From an uncultured delta proteobacterium (GTDB taxonomy: Bacteria > Desulfobacterota > Desulfobacteria > Desulfobacterales > B30-G6): a stretch of DNA of 64,000 nt. A program made the position numbers and the translations under genes. The notes below the pieces were generated by a model. The model worked only from the letters and a program-made list of their open reading frames with translations, had not been told where the DNA came from and did not search any database. The stretch spans positions 1,376,001-1,440,000 of the forward strand of contig CAWGLD010000001.1 in the NCBI GenBank assembly GCA_963823335.1, given 5' to 3'. This document shows, in pieces, positions 61,002-64,000 of the stretch (its first letter is position 1; every line of letters begins with the position of its first letter).

Positions 61002-63296
61002 ATGACCAAATCAACCCCCCTGCGAATAGAGGGAACCGAACGCATGCCCCTGCAGCAGTTTTCCCAGCAGGCCTATCTCGACTATGCCATGTACGTTATC
61101 ATGGACCGCGCCCTTCCCCACATCGGCGACGGGCTCAAGCCGGTCCAGCGGCGCATCGTCTACGCCATGAGCGAGCTGGGCCTCAAAGCGACCTCCAAGC
61201 ACAAAAAGTCGGCCCGCACCATAGGTGATGTGCTCGGTAAGTTCCACCCCCATGGGGACACGGCCTGCTACGAGGCCATGGTGCTCATGGCCCAGCCCTT
61301 CTCTTACCGCTACCCCCTGGTCGACGGCCAGGGAAACTGGGGGGCCCCCGACGACCCCAAGTCCTTTGCCGCCATGCGCTATACCGAAGCGAGGCTCTCC
61401 GCCTATGCAGAGGTGCTGCTCGCCGAAACCGCCTTGGGAACGGTGGAGTGGATACCCAATTTTGACGGCACGCTCAAGGAACCCAGGGTGCTGCCGGCCC
61501 GGCTTCCCAACATCCTGCTCAACGGCACCACCGGCATTGCAGTGGGCATGGCCACGGATATTCCGCCTCACAACATCAATGAGGTGGTCGACGCCTGTAT
61601 TCATCTAATCGACGAACCCGGGGCCGGCATTGAAGCGCTGTGCAACCACATCCAGGGACCGGATTACCCTTCGGGCGCAGAGATCATCACGCCGAAATCG
61701 GAAATTCTGGATCTCTATCGGAGTGGCAAAGGTGGACTCCGCATGCGAGCCACTTTTGAGCTGGAAAACGGCGATATCGTCATCAATGCCCTGCCTCATC
61801 AGGTATCTCCGGCCAAGGTGCTTGAACAGATCGCCGCCCAGATGAACAAGAAAAAACTGCCCATGGTGGCGGACCTCCGGGATGAATCGGACCACGAAGA
61901 CCCCATCCGTCTCGTTATCGTCCCACGCTCCAACCGGGTTGACAAGGATGCTCTGATGGCACACCTGTTCGCCACCACGGAGCTTGAAAAAACCTTTCGG
62001 GTCAACCTGAACGTCATCGGCCTGGATCGAAAGCCCTGTGTGAAAGGGCTGGTTGAAATACTCACCGAGTGGATCACATTCAGAACGATAACAGTCAAAA
62101 ATCGGTTGGAATACAGACTTAAAAAAGTTAAGGATCGCCTCCATATTCTGGACGGCCTGCTGGTGGCCTATCTGAATCTCCACGAGGTTATCCGCATCAT
62201 TCGAACAGAGGACAAACCCAAACCGGTGCTCGTGGAACGCTTTAACCTCTCCGATGTCCAGGCCGAGGCAATTTTGCAGTTACGCCTTAGACACCTGGCA
62301 AAATTGGAGGAGATGAAAATCCGATCCGAGCAGCAGGAATTGGACGAAGAGCGGCAGGCTCTGGAGAAAACGCTGGGTTCGCCCGCCCGACTAAAAACCC
62401 TGATAAAAAAAGAGCTTCGGGCAGATGCCAAGGCCTATGGCGACGACCGCCGCACCGCAATCGTTCAGCGCGAAGAAGCCCAGGCCATCTCCGAAGAGCA
62501 GTTGGCACCGGTTGAACCGGTGACCGTAATCCTGTCGGCAAACGGCTGGGTGCGCGCCGCCAAGGGCCACGAGATCGATCCCAGTGAAGCCAACTATCGG
62601 CCTGGCGACCATTATCTGGATGCCGCTCGAGGCAAAAGCAATCAACCGGTGGTTTTTCTGGACACCACCGGACGGTCGTACAGCCTGTCGGCCCATACGC
62701 TGCCGTCGGCCCGGGGATACGGCGAGCCCCTTACCGGCCGTTTTGTCCTGCCGCCCGGCGCCACCTTCACCACCGTGATCATGGCACCGGCCAATCAAGG
62801 TCTGCTGCTGGCCAGTGATGCCGGATACGGGTTCATCACCCGTTTTGAAGATCTGGTGACACGCAACACCAAGGGAAAAGCCATTCTTTCGCTGCCCAAA
62901 GGGGCCCTGCCGCTGACACCGATCCTGATGGAAAACATCTCGGACCATCTGCTGGCAGCCGTTACCAACGAGGGACGCATGCTGGTCTTTCCCCTGGACA
63001 AGCTTCCGGCCATTGCCAAGGGGAAGGGCAACAAAATCATCCAGATCCCATCCAAGCGGGCCAGGGAACGCACGGAACTAATGGTCCATTTATGCCTGGT
63101 ATCACAAGAAAGCACACTGACCATTTTTGCCGGTAAGCGTTTTTTTAAGCTGACCTACGGCAACCTCACACAATTTATCGGTGAGCGCGGCCGCCGTGGA
63201 AAAAAGCTGCCCCGCGGATTCCAGAATGTGGACCGCCTGGAGAGCGAAGCACCCGTTCAGGCTCCACTGTCGCAGGCGCCCACAGGAGGTGAGTAA
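61002..63296 (+). CDS. parC: DNA topoisomerase IV subunit A
   Basis: [25 protein letters not shown] and AAMRYTE (catalytic Tyr) motifs; short CTD without a GyrA box. Confidence 0.96.
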   Translation: MTKSTPLRIEGTERMPLQQFSQQAYLDYAMYVIMDRALPHIGDGLKPVQRRIVYAMSELGLKATSKHKKSARTIGDVLGKFHPHGDTACYEAMVLMAQPFSYRYPLVDGQGNWGAPDDPKSFAAMRYTEARLSAYAEVLLAETALGTVEWIPNFDGTLKEPRVLPARLPNILLNGTTGIAVGMATDIPPHNINEVVDACIHLIDEPGAGIEALCNHIQGPDYPSGAEIITPKSEILDLYRSGKGGLRMRATFELENGDIVINALPHQVSPAKVLEQIAAQMNKKKLPMVADLRDESDHEDPIRLVIVPRSNRVDKDALMAHLFATTELEKTFRVNLNVIGLDRKPCVKGLVEILTEWITFRTITVKNRLEYRLKKVKDRLHILDGLLVAYLNLHEVIRIIRTEDKPKPVLVERFNLSDVQAEAILQLRLRHLAKLEEMKIRSEQQELDEERQALEKTLGSPARLKTLIKKELRADAKAYGDDRRTAIVQREEAQAISEEQLAPVEPVTVILSANGWVRAAKGHEIDPSEANYRPGDHYLDAARGKSNQPVVFLDTTGRSYSLSAHTLPSARGYGEPLTGRFVLPPGATFTTVIMAPANQGLLLASDAGYGFITRFEDLVTRNTKGKAILSLPKGALPLTPILMENISDHLLAAVTNEGRMLVFPLDKLPAIAKGKGNKIIQIPSKRARERTELMVHLCLVSQESTLTIFAGKRFFKLTYGNLTQFIGERGRRGKKLPRGFQNVDRLESEAPVQAPLSQAPTGGE

Positions 63297-63305
63297 GGAA
63301 CACGA

Positions 63306-63440
63306 ATGGTCTCTTCGAGCGTTTTCTTTCTTTTTGCATTCCTGCCCGTATAGTGCCGTCAGCTTGACCGATTTCTGGCGGCGGTGGCACATCTCCCTGA
63401 GCCGCTGGTTCTGTGACTACCTGTACATCCCGCGGGGTGC
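63306..63440 (+). pseudogene. MBOAT/AlgI-family O-acyltransferase remnant with large internal deletion
   Basis: N-terminal [14 protein letters not shown] is joined directly (frame change) to [29 protein letters not shown]. Confidence 0.78.
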
Positions 63441-63938
63441 AACCGCAGAGGGGATGCGCGCACCTACCTTATTCATCAAACCATAAAAACATTAAGCCGG
63501 GAACACGATGAGTGGCCCTTTGTAAAGTGTCTTTTTGATGGGTTTTTACACAATGGTATAAAAGAGAAGAAAAAATCAGTTTACAATGCTTTCCAGTACA
63601 TGCTCAAATGTAACCCAAACATTGAAGGCATACCGATACAAGCTGATCGACCATTATTGAAAGAGAATCCACAGATCAAATATGGCAGGGGTCTTAAAAA
63701 AGGGACTGTGTATATTGATTAGAAATTTTACGGGATGCTACAACAACACAGGCATCGTTTCTAACTCTCTTGACATCTCCATCAATCACAGTTTTCAAAT
63801 TGTTTCCCCTGATCACAAGATGTAGGGATTGAATAATTTCTAGGTGTGGTAGCCACGAACCATGATACTGTATTTCACCAAACTGGTCATGTTTTCTATG
63901 CATCCATAATTTTGTTTGACTGTTTAAGAGGCTAAAGA

Positions 63939-64000
63939 ATGCAAAAACAGCCACTTTCTGAAGAAATAAAGAGTCTTGGTGAATCATTAGGCATTGACGC
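63939..64000 (+). CDS. Start of a gene running off the window (possibly QueG/reductive Fe-S-like)
   Basis: SD AGAGG followed by MQKQPLSEEIKSLGESLGIDA; only about 20 codons visible. Confidence 0.35.
   Translation, partial: MQKQPLSEEIKSLGESLGID

Noticed and set aside
61240-61280. ParC Thr at the Ser80-equivalent quinolone-resistance position
   Set aside because: This is a conservative change and likely a natural variant; there is no basis to claim resistance.
63694-63987. 97-aa minus-strand ORF
   Set aside because: It has no motifs, lies in an AT-rich degenerate region and overlaps a more plausible plus-strand gene start.
1-64000. CRISPR array, cas genes or rRNA
   Set aside because: No regularly spaced 25-45-bp repeats with unique spacers and no cas or rRNA signatures were seen. 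The CalpL/T/S comparison is an analogy only; no SAVED/CARF domain is evident.

Overview
This is a 64-kb chromosomal window from a bacterium whose gene content suggests an anaerobic deltaproteobacterium (Desulfobacterales-like; inferred, not proven). The left arm (1-11.9 kb) holds ordinary metabolic genes, an FGGY kinase/sphingosine-1-phosphate-lyase-like/Zn-dehydrogenase operon, an octaheme HAO-family cytochrome, a cyclophilin and a lipoprotein thiol peroxidase. A ~31-kb genomic island (11966-43308) is integrated in tRNA-Pro(TGG), marked by a 48-bp att duplication and a decayed integrase. Its cargo includes partly decayed catabolic and transport genes and the most interesting item in the window, a candidate novel proteolytic signalling system. 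That system comprises a FliA/WhiG-like sigma factor, a zinc (ZAS) anti-sigma-like protein and a Lon-type protease-TM-P-loop NTPase fusion. A conserved bipartite promoter-like motif (YGAWAAA-N11/12-KTTCGATAMC) lies upstream of the sigma gene itself, a divergent membrane/vWA/TelA operon, a Zn-ribbon membrane protein and a secreted Ppx/GppA-like enzyme. The right arm holds an amidase, tRNA-Leu, tig-clpP-clpX-lon, tRNA-Val/Asp, a second integrase relic, a sucrose synthesis/turnover cluster, an IS91-like fragment and parE-parC (parE apparently lacks a canonical start codon). No CRISPR array or rRNA was seen. All calls rest on motif recognition by eye; no database searches were run.
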